This document shows, piece after piece, positions 24,585 to 36,915 of a DNA stretch of 64,000 nucleotides. Position 1 is the stretch's first letter; each line of letters begins with the position of its first letter. Source of the stretch: Tubiluchus corallicola (Eukaryota; Animalia; Priapulida); assembly GCA_030141605.1 (NCBI GenBank), contig JAQGDQ010000299.1, forward strand, positions 199,837-263,836. Reading direction: 5' to 3'. The position numbers and the translations under genes are program-made. Below the pieces are notes generated by a model. That model did not search any database. It was given only the letters and a program-made list of their open reading frames with translations, and had not been told where the DNA came from.

Positions 24585-24672
24585 GGTGTTAGGCCATTCT
24601 GTGTGTTGTTAAGCAAATCTGCAAGGTGTTAGGCCATTCTGTGCGTTGTTAAGCAAATCTGCAAGGTGTTAG
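24585..24672. repeat. 40-bp tandem duplication
   Basis: ggtgttaggccattctgtg(t/c)gttgttaagcaaatctgcaa twice. Confidence 0.9.
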
Positions 24673-25079
24673 ACTAGTAAAGTGTCAACAGTTATTGCAA
24701 AGATGTTGAAAACGGTTACATACGTAGAGCTGTTGCAAAGCAAACAAATCTCTGACTACGTCTGAATGCGTTTATTTTTCTGCTCAAATAATTCAGTTTG
24801 TACAAAGAAAAATGTGAACTATTGGCCAAAATAATTTCATAGCGGTCAAACCCTTTTTGAAAGCCTTTTTTGGTACTGAATCTTAAAAGAACTTTTTACT
24901 TGAAAAACGACGTGCTCGGTTGCTAAAGCTTGTACTAAAACTGGGGTGCCTTCTATCGACAATTTACTGAACTACAGTATTATAATAGTTGTAAGACATG
25001 CCAAGGACCTTATTGCGTCACCGATTTAAGAACTAACCAGATATAATACTGCTTAACTTAGCTTATAGACTATACAGGC

Positions 25080-25300
25080 CAGACGGTATAGTCTAGTGGT
25101 AACGCGTCCGTTTTCCGTCTGGTAGTTCGTGAGTCCAATATTGTGGCCTAGCCACACGAAAAACTTTAAAAAATTGTACCTGCTGTTTCCCTGCCAGGGC
25201 GCGTGTTATTTAGAATAAAGGAAGGGGTATTAATAGTCTCTGTTGTGTAGTCGTAGATTGTTATTTACGGTCGGCCAAAAGGTCTTTAAACTTATACTAA
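25080..25300 (+). mobile_element. Degenerate tRNA-derived SINE with conserved central domain
   Basis: A-box TAGTCTAGTGG head, then cacacgaaaaactttaaaaaattgtacctgctgtttccctgcc, resembling a widespread metazoan SINE core (Meta/MESC-type, from memory). Confidence 0.55.
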
Positions 25301-25330
25301 TTGTTTACTAAAAGCCAACTTTAAATAAAG

Positions 25331-25331
<1 letters not shown>

Positions 25332-25407
<76 letters not shown>

Positions 25408-25474
25408 CATTATCATTATCATTATCATTATCATTATCATTATCATTATCATTATCATTATCATTATCATTATC

Positions 25475-25515
<41 letters not shown>
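25332..25515. repeat. Compound (ATT)n(ATCATT)n microsatellite
   Basis: Direct reading. Confidence 0.97.
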
Positions 25516-26400
25516 AACCGTGCAACAGAACGATTTAGACGAGTCCTTCCAATGGCCCCCAATATGGTTAAACAAATTCTCCGTTTCTCATCGTTTCATG
25601 CTACATTTACCCGTTTCACATCTGCCGCGGATGCAGGTAAGCAGTGTCGACGGTGCACCCTTCCCTTGTAAATTCATTCAACGACACATTTCAAATGCAA
25701 TGTCGCTTGATACGGGCGCCACATCACGCCGTTATACCTGCACCAGATGCATCCTTTTATGTCAGGTTTTTATCTACATCTATGCAAACATATTCGTGTC
25801 GCTCTTATCTCCCACTCTCACCTGTTCGGGTAGCTTGGGCGTGGCTAATCACTGCCCTTATACCTGTGCAGGTAAACGTGTTTGCGTAAAATCAGGTGCA
25901 TTTGTCGCAAATCGGTGGTAATTAATGATCATTAAGTGACAAATTCAGATTGGAGACGAGAGTCGTAGTAGCCGAAATGTGATTGGAACTTTGACCAGCA
26001 GAATGGGGGCTAATTCAATAAATAAGAAGCGGAACGGAAATGCCACCGTAGGATTGGTGTAGAGTAATGGAACTAATGATTGCAACGTTTTTGAATATTA
26101 TGACATTTTCCGGCAAAAATGTTACGTACAATGACATCATTTGGTTAATTGCTACCCTCATGTTGCTCTACATCCATGTTTTACTGTTGGTGGTCCACCT
26201 GGTCTATGCACAGTTGCATCAATTATAAGCGTCTATAAGCTTTTTCTAGTTTTTTCTAGATAATTAATATAACTCATCGGAGCCATTTTTGCGTTTGTGA
26301 GCAGAGACATGTCTTTGTCCTGCTGATGTCGCCCATTTTAATCGATATTATCAAGACTTTTCAAATTTCGAAATTACTTACGTGACAACTGCATATAGTT

Positions 26401-26936
26401 TAGGGTGCCAGCACTCCTAATTTGGCCCCGGAGTCTCCTGAAATTCGGCCATGCATATCTAGTTCGGTCGGATTTTTGAGAAACTTTAAAATCTCCTGAG
26501 ATTTTGACCATTGCATTGAAATTGAAGTGAAAAAGATGAAATACATGAACCGTTGCATAAGACTAAGATAAAAACAGCATTTTCGTTACGTAAAATTGTA
26601 ATCTTATTGAATTAAATTATTACATGGCTAATTCAACGTTCTCTACATTTTCGGCAAGTTATGCTGCAACGACAATTGCTGTAATGCAAGTATTCTTCCG
26701 GTTCAACTTTACTTCACTTAACATAAACCATCTATGTCCTGAAATCTCAAAAACGTCAAAAATATGGTGGGTGTGGGAACCAACTACAAAAATTGATTAA
26801 ACCGTTTGCACTCAGTTTGTAAATTTTAGGGTTTTAGAGCTTTTCTAGTCTAAAATCAAGAAATTTGCACGACTTTGTGGGTTGACTTTCTTGATTTCAC
26901 TTCCTCATTTCGATACGTGACGAGGCGGCAACCCTA
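26401..26936. mobile_element. Degenerate hAT-like MITE
   Basis: TAGGGTGCC ... GGCAACCCTA ends and repeated tctcctga sub-terminal motifs. No clear TSD. Confidence 0.5.
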
Positions 26937-27659
26937 ATTATCCTTAACTCTAAAAGAGATCTTTGCACAGTTGTACTGTACGGACGGTTTAATCATCCGT
27001 ATACGATTTACTAAGATACTGTATACAGTCTACTGCACAGTGAAAAAGTTCCCAAATTCTTCTTATCTTTCCTGTAATTTTGTGTTTCATACGAGCGTTC
27101 TTAATTTTTTTGTTCCATGTTTGACTGTTGCACTGAACGTAATAAGAAAGCCTGTGCTTAAAGGTATAAATCATGGGATACCAAGCGCCCGAAATCTCCC
27201 CCCAAATTTCACACTGCAGTGATTTTAATTGTGCTCAAAAACTGATTTTTAAATAATAATGTCCGGAGTATGCAATGAGTGTCCCGTCTGCGCGTTATTT
27301 ATTGCTGTAGCACTGAAAGCCTTGCCAAATTCTCTGTTGTTAGCAACTGTTAACCGAGCCAAGTCACACAGATACGTATATCAGATTCTGGCAGGAAATT
27401 TAACGTGATAAAGCTAAAGCAAATGTCGCGAATTTTTGACCTGTACCCAATGTCATTGAACAAGAACATGGATTTTTAATCTGATTTGGAACCACAGGTA
27501 CAACATCTTCGCCTTTAACAATCTTGAAATCACTTTAAGGTAGTTTACTAGATTAGCAACCTGAAAATTGCCTAGAATTTCGATTGCTTTGAGTTTAGTG
27601 ACAGCAAAATCAGAACTTGGGGAGTGGAATTAACCTATACTAGCCTTAGGACGTTCTGC

Positions 27660-27853
27660 TAGGCGTAAATACTAATCATTATAGCGAGCCCATTTCATTA
27701 CGTTATCTGTAGCGTTATAACTGATACTGAACACGCTGTACTAACATTACAGTCACGGTCAGTACAGTAGGCGTAAGTACCAATCATTATAGCGAGCCTA
27801 TTTCATCACGTTATAACTGATACTGGGCATGCTGTACTAACATTACAGTCACG
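27660..27853. repeat. Tandem duplication, about 100-bp unit
   Basis: taggcgtaa..aatcattatagcgagcc..gctgtactaacattacagtcacg twice. Confidence 0.85.
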
Positions 27854-28080
27854 TGGGTAACGAGTTGAGGTTATTATTCAAGAGTTAATGAGTTCTATTT
27901 CCTCTGGAATCTTGTCAAGTTGACATTTCCTTCTGGACCAGTTTCAAACCGCATTTCGGGTCGCCAGCTCCTACAGAGAACAAGCGGAAATGTTGTTGTT
28001 GTTCGAGCATAATACAAATTTCCGTGAAAATGAACTATTATACATTAGAAAATTAAATTAAATTCTTATAACACACTTAA

Positions 28081-28677
28081 AGAAAGACAGGATGATTTTT
28101 CATGCACTACCCCATTTTTAAGTCCAAAAAACAGTTTACATTTTAACACAATTAACACTGCAAAAGCGCTTCTACTAATTAAAGAATAGATTAAAAACTT
28201 AATTAACGGCTGGCGAGCCCAATTACTGATGATAATTTTCAACGGCAAATATATTCCACGAGCGTGTTGCACGTGTTTGCGAAAGCAGAATTGAAGTACA
28301 GTGCTACTGTAAGATATTCAGTGTGTTGTACTAAAATTAGGCAAGTTTTAAGATAAAAATTCGAATTTCAAATTTACCGCTGTGCTCACGCACGTGTCGA
28401 GCATGTGTTCGTCACAGACTAACACATCTGAACTGAGAGGTACAGTACCTGTTTTTCGTGCAATGCGTTTCCGAAATGCAGGCGCTAGTGCCCGTCTAAC
28501 TAGCGAAAGGGGAAATGCATGTAACAGCGAAGAACTAGTGACGCGAACGTAAAATTGTGTTTGTGTGGTAATAATTCTTTCACGTAAGTCATTTTTGAAA
28601 AAATAGCACGTTTCCTTTCAATGTTTTAAAGAGTAGATTGTTTTGACCTACAGTTTAAGACTGGGTTCGGTTTTGCT
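28081..28677 (-). mobile_element. Kolobok-like MITE, family A, full length
   Basis: TTAA flanks. Homologous to 15331-15940 and 42312-42904. Confidence 0.8.
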
Positions 28678-28805
28678 TTAAAGAAAAAGTTGAATGTGTC
28701 GTCTGCATTACACACCTTAACTAAATGTTGCTTATAGCAGTTAAGGAAAAACTCAAAAAGTCTCAAACTACACCCAAAGAGCAAAACCCAAAAAAGGTTG
28801 AAAAC

Positions 28806-29171
28806 TAGGCTTCGGTCCTCCGTGGTGTAGTCCCTGTGATAGTCCAAAGGAAAGCAGAGCGATACGTTTGGCACCAGGTTGGCTGCAGAAGCTGCCGGAG
28901 TCAGTGAGCATGCTGCACTGGTCCACCTTCGGGGCTCCACTCCTAATTTGGAAGGTTTTCTCCTCTACACATGGCCGTTGGGTCACTTGACCGCCTCCGC
29001 CCTCTAGCCGTTGGCTGCTTGTGCAGCTTCTCCGCCTAGTATCGAGATACAGTATGGGCATCCCGCAAAGCCTACAGCATCTGGTGTTCCCAGGCGGTCA
29101 CCCATCCGAGTACTAACCAGACTCTACGTTGCTTAACTTCGGTGATCAGACGAGAACCGATGGCCGTAGTC
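28806..29171 (-). mobile_element. 5S rRNA-headed SINE (SINE3-type) with RTE-like body
   Basis: 5S head 29171-29068 directly followed by about 260 bp of GC-rich body. No T4 terminator after the 5S part. Confidence 0.7.
29068..29171 (-). pseudogene. 5S rRNA-derived sequence with about 16-nt 5' internal deletion
   Basis: GACTACGGCCAT^CGGTTCTCGTCTGATCACCGAAGTTAAGCAACGTAGAGTCTGGTTAGTACTCGGATGGGTGACCGCCTGGGAACACCAGATGCTGTAGGCTT. The A box and C box region is intact. Confidence 0.93.
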
Positions 29172-31257
29172 TGGTTCAAATCTGGGCTTTCGATAATCGT
29201 ATTTCGTTTCCCTGCTAAAATGTTGTCATTACTGATTGATCTGTTTCTCTCGTGAATCTAATCTTCATTTTCATCATCATCACGTTCTCATTTCCTAACT
29301 CTCACTATCGCCTTGGTATTTTATTCTCCTTATTCATTTTACTTCGCAGCTTCTACTTCTTCTATTTCCAGTTTGCCCCTTTGCTCAGAATTGTACAAGA
29401 CTATTTTAATAGTAATAGCTTATACTGTAATGTATGTAACAATGTATTATTTATAGTATTTTGGAAATGCGCTAAACTAAACTAAGACATAATGACGTTT
29501 GCCGTTTCCTGCAGAATTTCATATGATTTCATAATTCTGATTTTTATGCATTTTATTTTTAACATATTCTGGTTGTGACCTTCATACATTCGACGCCATG
29601 TTACTTTTCCCTGTATATAAATAGTCATTTTAAGAAACTCAGCGCAGTCAGTTCGTGTTTTTTTTTCAATTTTAACTCTTTCACCTGTTATTTTCCCTTT
29701 TATCAATTGCACGTGATCACTAATCAAAGGGAGGAAGAATCTTCCACCTGACATTAACAAGACACCTGTTGATTCCATTGTCATTCTCTGGAGAAGGTGT
29801 AACGGTAATAACATGCCCCACGGCCTGCACTGATTCTATATCAATTACACGTGTATGTGATCTGATATAATTTTATGGCTGCCGTGCGGTTAATTATAAC
29901 TGCAGCTTCCCCGCATCTTTTCGAACCTTAGCAGACTCAGGTTCAAGGACATCACTCGCGCGGGCTGTGATCAAATTTCATTGATCTATGACTTTTGATT
30001 AGAAGATGATTGTGCCACTGAGGGGGCGCTTTAGACAGCTTCTAACATGCGTATCTAGAATAAACTTTTTGTTGTGAATCGCTTCAAAAATACAAACTAC
30101 AAATACGGTCATTAATTCACCTTCGCTAAGTTACTGATCAAAACTTTGGAATTAAATAAAGCTGTAATTTTATAACGTACGTGTATGAAATGCAGGAATG
30201 GCTTGATGTACGTTTAAGAATAACAGACGGGCACAATTAAACCTTGATTATACGATAAACCAGCCCAGCAAGCGCAGACAGTTTTTATGTGGGTTTTTGC
30301 AAAGAAATGATTGACGATTTCTAAAAACTGTCACACCTAATCAATCGAATAAAAGAACCAGGTAGCCTTGTCATCCCAGAACCGTTTCGTGAAAAATCAA
30401 CACCGTGAAAAAGCATTTTGTCTCTTTCATCTCTTGCACCTGTTCCTCTTTCTCGGACTCCATCTCCTCTTTCAGCAAATTTGGTAAAAATTCACCCCCG
30501 CTAATAGCCGCACTGGTCAACTCTGTTGTCAGCACCTGCGGGACATTGTTGCCCGGCACGTGGCAGCTCTGCTCCCTCTTGTGTCCCTCTCTAATTGTTT
30601 CCTGCGTTTTTACATTCTTCCGCGGCAGTTCTACAAGCATGCTCACTTGTTTTGCTAACAAGGTGCACGTTCTGCGACTGGACATTGATACAAAACGATG
30701 TTTATCCAGGTTTACTGTTATAATAAATGGCCGGAGAACGGTCAGCGGGTGCTTAATTGGCTGTTCGTTATGATGGTCAAGCTGTTGACCATGCGAGGAA
30801 CAGCTGCTCAAAATCTGAATGAACTACCGGTATCGTTTTAGAAAAGCTTCAGAACATTTTTTGTCTTAAGAGTCCAGCATAAAAGGACTTACCTTACTTT
30901 GCTTTATTTGTTTTTATTTATTATTATATTTATTTGTTTTTATATAGTTTTATATGTTGATTTAAATCTAAAGTAAAATAAAAATAAATAAATATTTACA
31001 TGGTGAATAGTTAGCATTATTTAGGTAAACGTTCTGTTGATGCTAGATGCAAAATATTGGATTATTGGTAAGTTATTAGAGCTAAAGACTTGCTAGGATC
31101 ATTAGGGGCTGTTTGGTCCACACCGTGTTGGTGTTGGACTGTCCCAATTTTTATATTTCCTTTTTTAGTTCAAATTTGGTTTCACAATTTAATATTTGGG
31201 GTTAATTCCATCATTAATTAGTAATTTTGATACTAAGATTTTAAGTATAATTAATGA

Positions 31258-31920
31258 GGTAAGGTAAGATAAGGTAACGTAAGGTAAGATAAAGGTAACA
31301 TAAGATAAGGCGAGGTAAGGTAAGGTAAGGTAAAGCGATGTTAGATAAGTTAAGGCTAGGTTATATAAGACAAGGTAAGGTAAGGTAAGGTAAGGTAAGG
31401 TAAGGTAAGGTAAGGTAAGGTAAGGTAAGGTAAGGTAAAGTAAGGTAAGGTAAGTTAACGTAAGGTAAGGTAAGGTAAGGTAAGGTAAGGTAAGGTAAGG
31501 TAAGGTAAGGTAAGGTAAGGTAAGGTAAGGTAAGGTAAGTAAGGTAACGTAAGGTAAGGTAAGGTAAGGTAAGGTAAGGTAAGGTAAGGTAAGGTAAGGT
31601 AAGGTAAGGTAAGGTAAGGTAAGGTAAGGTAAGGTAAGGTAAGGTAAGGTAAGGTAAGGTAAGGTAAAGTAAGGTAAGGTAAGGTAAGGTAAGGTAAAGT
31701 AAGGTAAAGTAAGATTAGGTTATGTAAGATAAGATAAGATAAGGTAAGGTAAGGTAAGGTAAGGTAAGGTAAGGTAAGGTAAGGTAAGGTAAGGTAAAGT
31801 AAGGTAAGGTAAGGTAAGGTAAGGTAAGGTAAGGTAAGGTAAGGTAAGGTAAGGTAAGGTAAGGTAAGGTAAGGTAAGGTAAGGCAAGGTAAGGTAAGGT
31901 GAGCAATATAAAGTAAGGTA
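31258..31920. repeat. (GGTAA)n pentanucleotide array, about 660 bp
   Basis: Direct reading. Source of the spurious (LTLPY)n ORFs. Confidence 0.97.
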
Positions 31921-32849
31921 AAATTAGGTGGGGTGAGGTGCATGAAACATGATTAGGTATACTTTTTACCTTTCAATCTCTTGTTTGTTACCTTATTCAA
32001 TTTTTACGCAGTTTTTTATTGTAGTTTGCTGTCTATGACGTCTAATAGGTCATAGATATCAAAATAAAATAGTTTGCCCTGTCTCAGCTTTTTTGGCAAT
32101 GATTAATTAATGCAATTGTGTATAGCAGCATTTTCTGTAAAATATAAGCCTTGAAGCACTGGGGTAGTTTTTTTGTCAAATTTCGTGCACCCTGGTGTTA
32201 AAAACTGTAGTTAACAAACATTTGCTATTCTTTAAAAAAACTTCACTTCCACAAACGCGTGCACCCATGTAAACAACATTTTGCAATAAGACAAGAACGA
32301 AAATTACTAGAGTGCATAGAAAAGCTTAAGATGAAATAGGTCCGTTGCTATTATTACTCTTATCATTTGTAATAGGTTTGCTGTCAAGATTTGTCATTTT
32401 TTCAGATTTCAGTAAAATCAGTATTGATATGATAATTTTCGCTTTGAACTGTTACTGCATTAAATTACAGGCGAGGTCAAGATGACCTTTTCGGCTCCTC
32501 TTTTCCTTTCTTCTGTTTGAGATTACCTCTATTTGATGTTTGGCAGCCATGACACGTCTACCTTACAGCTTATTAAGTGACACGCATTTGCAATTAGAGA
32601 AGGATAACTGGCATTTTTCCTGCATTATCCCTGAACAGCTTCCCATTCATAATAAGATCTTCCGTGCCGGTAAGCAGGAAACACCGTTAACTGTTCTTGC
32701 AGCTAAATATGGACTTTTTCCATTAGAGACAATTTTACCTGACGTTAATCAGGTGGTTATTGATACGCGTGAGCAGATTAGAGATTTATGATTTTAATGG
32801 TCTCTTAGGTACCTCGAGTTAGTAGTAGTTTTTAGTCAAAAGCTGAGGT

Positions 32850-32852
32850 AGA

Positions 32853-32910
<58 letters not shown>

Positions 32911-32921
32911 CGAGAGAGAAA

Positions 32922-32952
<31 letters not shown>

Positions 32953-33240
32953 ATTGGGAAAGAAACAGAGGGAGAAAATTATAGATACATAGAGAAATAG
33001 ACAGAGAGAGTTGGGGGAGGAACTAAAGAGAGGGGGGAGAGAGACAAGGAGAGAGAGAGGAGCGAGAGAGAGAAAAGAGAGAGAGACAATGGAGAGAATC
33101 AGAGAGAGCGGTAGAATGAAGTGGGAGAAAGAAAAACAGAGAAAGACAGGGAAAGAAAGAATGATAGAGACAGAGGAGGGAGAGAGATTTGGCGCAAAGA
33201 GAGGAAGGAAAGGAGGAAGAGTGAGAGGGAAGGGAACGAT
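32850..33240. repeat. (GT)n(GA)n and purine-rich low-complexity tract
   Basis: Direct reading. Confidence 0.92.
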
Positions 33241-33786
33241 ATGATAAAAATGAAAGTGAGTTGCAGAGAAAGTAATGATAATCAATTGAAATAGAAGTCA
33301 AATTATGCGATTACGAAATAAGATTACAAAAGGTCACTATGTTCGTCAAAACAACAGCAAGGCTTCTAAGACATCTGAAGTGCAGTATTACAAGAGAATG
33401 CAATAAAGAGCATATAGAGCTTTTTTAACAAAAAGTTTCTCGTTTTAAAAATTCAAATTCTAGCTTCAATTGTTAACGATTTCTTTACAGAAGTGATGAT
33501 TACTAAATAGCGTGCGTGTCAAACCCATTTCTGCCTTGCAACACTTGCTACCAGCATGTAACGTTTAAGCACCTCTTTCATGGCATCAGAAGAGCAAATT
33601 AGTGTAATTAAAAGCGACACCTGTTCAACACAATCAGCGTTAACCGTTCATTTGTATTCCTGGTAAAAAATTATGACCTTAAGCGGGATGAGGGTTTGAC
33701 CAGAGAGCTTATAACCCGCTCCCTGTTTCAAGGTCACTTGCAAAATTCGGAGTTGTTTCTGAAGTGATAGCGACTATTGCTGTTAA

Positions 33787-34131
33787 AGGAAAAGACAAGC
33801 TATTTAGCATGTTGCGTTTATTTTACTGTTATCACCTAAACTTAGAAAAATACTATCTATATAATTAATTAACTAACTATCAAGCATATGCACCACTGCT
33901 AAGGAATTTTCAGGCGCCATTCACTTGAATATTATGACGTAACTAGGGGAGCCTTCGTGACTTTTCGTAAGAGCATCGTGGCTTTCCGTAAGCGCGCGCT
34001 GCTTAAATTAATTCAAACTTCTTAGCTTAATTCAAGCTTGCCTAATGTTCATGCCGAAATATTGCAAAATTAGCTATTTAAATTTTTTTGTTTAAGTTTT
34101 TTTAAATTTAAGTTTTTTTCAAGACGAATGA
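33787..34131 (+). mobile_element. Kolobok-like MITE, family B, right-truncated
   Basis: ttaa|AGGAAAAGACAAG start, colinear with the first 60% or so of 40345-40892. Confidence 0.7.
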
Positions 34132-34289
34132 GTCTCGAACTTCGCGGAGTGAATAGAGAAGTGAGTGCCACCTCGCGCTTACTGGCTCAATTTTTGCAGT
34201 TACTTTGCGAGTTAACAAGGTGAGAGAACTCGCTAGTCTGAAGGCGCCGTAGATGTTAGAACTCTTGAGTCCTTCCTAGACTCTTATAA

Positions 34290-34503
<214 letters not shown>

Positions 34504-36261
34504 CTCTGCTGTCTTTGCTGAAACATTTTTAGTTTTTTTTCATATTATAAATTACAAATGGAAAGTAAAACTGCTTGGCACAGTTGATCAATAGTTCACT
34601 TCTTTGCATTGCTAATGGCGCGAAACTTCATAAATCAGAAAGTAAATTAACCGATGATGAACTAAAACTTGTAAAAGGAAATTGCATGAAAACCGCGAGT
34701 GTAAACTTACAAAAAGCAGGAAGCTGACACCGGCACCTCCTGTAAACGAAAGTGTTGTTTGGGAGGGCAGAGAGGACGGAAGTTACAGGTTAAGCGCTTC
34801 CCATAATTGTAATTATCCCTGAGCAATGCGCTTGTCAGCCTGACAGCAATAATGTTTAATGATTAACGGTTATAATTCATAGGTCTTGTAGTTTCTGGAA
34901 AACATGCGAGTTGCATGGAAACACAGAAATGTAAAACACTCTTGAAGTTAAGCTTTTTATTTTGAGGTGATGATGCTGAGAGATATCTGTAGATTTTCAG
35001 TTTCAGCAAACAAACAAACATACAAACAAACAAACAAACAAACAACGAAACGAATAAGTAAGCCATATGGAACTTTCAAACGCTGTATACAAAATCACAT
35101 TTTGCTATAAGTTTTTTACATTATCATATGTCCTGTAATTAATGCCTTTTGTCCGTTTATGTAGCCAGTAAGTAGGTAAGCAAGTAGGTAGGTAAATAAG
35201 TATGTAAGTAAGTTAGTAAATAAGCAAGTAAATAAGTAAGTAAGTAAGCAAGCAAAGCAAGCAAATAAATAAGTAATAATTTGTCACAAATATAAAATCC
35301 ATAAATAAGACTTCTAAATTTATAATTTATGCGCATAAAATTTGTTTTAAATATTTACAATAAAAAATAACGAAAATAAGTCAATAAAAACTACGATATA
35401 AAATATACAAGCGAAATTTAAAAAACCTATTTCACATATGGCTCGCTGTTCTCAACTGAATGTATGTCGTCGAACGCCATTTTGTACTAATAAAACTCTC
35501 TTTAAGCCTTAGTACATTATTTGTCCTTATTTATCTCAAATGTTTATCATTAGAACTTAGGAAGGCACGCATATACAACAATAAACATCTATTATGATCA
35601 CCATTAGAAATCTCTCTATTAGAAAAGGCCTGGCTGTTTGTTTCTAGACAAATAGATCTTAAATGGATGACATAAACACTTCACGCAACTTTACGCAAGC
35701 AGCTGTACAGAGTGAACACTATCAACGAGGTTTTTAATGTTGTTCAGTATATCAAGGAATAACAAGTTTTGGAGCCTCATAATCTTTGTTATTCACACAG
35801 AGTCACGTTTCAAGAAACTCATCGAATACTGTGTACAGTCACACTGCTGTAAATTCTACAACACAGGTAAAATTATTATACAGGAAAGTTCTAGTAAATG
35901 GAACTTGATGGGATAATTATTCAGAATGCGTTGTTGTCCGGATAATATCTAGATATGCACAAAATTTCATTACTCGTTCTAAGATCATAACCAGAGAATA
36001 GCTGCTGTATAGCTGATAGACTGAGTTCAAGTTCGTTTAAAGTTTAAACAGTTTTGGCAGGTGAAGGAGGGGCCATATTGTATTAGCACCAGAGACGCTA
36101 AAGTCTGAAGCTCACTAAAACAAGACTCGCTGGTGCTAGAGTTTGTTATAGGGCTGAATAAAGAGCTACCAGATCTTACTAGACCAGAGGTCACTAGGGT
36201 TGCTCACCAAACATAGAGGTCATTAAAGACGGATCTCATCAAGACTGGAGTTCAATAGATT

Positions 36262-36915
36262 GGAGCTCACTAGGACGTAAGTCACAGGACCTGAGCTCCA
36301 CTGCAGCTGAAGCTCAGCAGCTCTGGAGCCCATTTGGTTGGTGTTCACTGTCAGGAGCTCACTAGGCCGTAAGTCACAGGACCTGAGCTCCACTGCAGCT
36401 GAAGCTCATCAGGTCTGGAGCCCATAGGGTTGGTGTTCACTGTCAGGAGCTCACTAGGACGTAAGTCACAGGACCTGAGCTCCACTGCAGCTGAAGCTCA
36501 GCAGCTCTGGAGCCCATAGGGTTGGTGTTCACTGTCAGGAGCTCACTAGGCCGTAAGTCACAGGACCTGAGCTCCACTGCAGCTGAAGCTCATCAGGTCT
36601 GGAGCCCATAGGGTTGGTGTTCACTGTCAGGAGCTCACTAGGACGTAAGTCACAGGACCTGAGCTCCATTGCAGCTGAAGCTCAGCAGCTCTGGAGCCCA
36701 TAGGGTTGGTGTTCACTGTCAGGAGCTCACTAGGACGTAAGTCACAGGACCTGAGCTCCACTGCAGCTGAAGCTCACCAGGTCTGGAGCCCATTGGGTTG
36801 GTGTTCACTGTCAGGAGCTCACTAGGACGTAAGTCACAGGACCTGAGCTCCACTGCAGGTGAAGCTCATCAGGTCTGGAGCCCATTGGGTTGGTGTTCAC
36901 TGTCAGGAGCTCACT
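36262..36915. repeat. 92-bp minisatellite, about 7 copies
   Basis: tagg(a/c)cgtaagtc recurs at 36271, 36363, 36455, 36547, 36639, 36731 and 36823. Confidence 0.95.

Noticed and set aside
28870-28975. Spliced-leader or snRNA gene linked to 5S (Sm-like TAATTTGG at about 28944)
   Set aside because: No clear leader and donor hairpin, the adjacent 5S is deleted and unterminated, and the segment fits an RTE-derived SINE body better. Not formally excluded without a search.
29068-29171. Functional 5S rRNA gene
   Set aside because: About 16-nt deletion in the 5' domain, no oligo-T terminator, and a single dispersed copy.
31258-31920. Interstitial telomere
   Set aside because: The unit is TAAGG, not TTAGG or TTAGGG.
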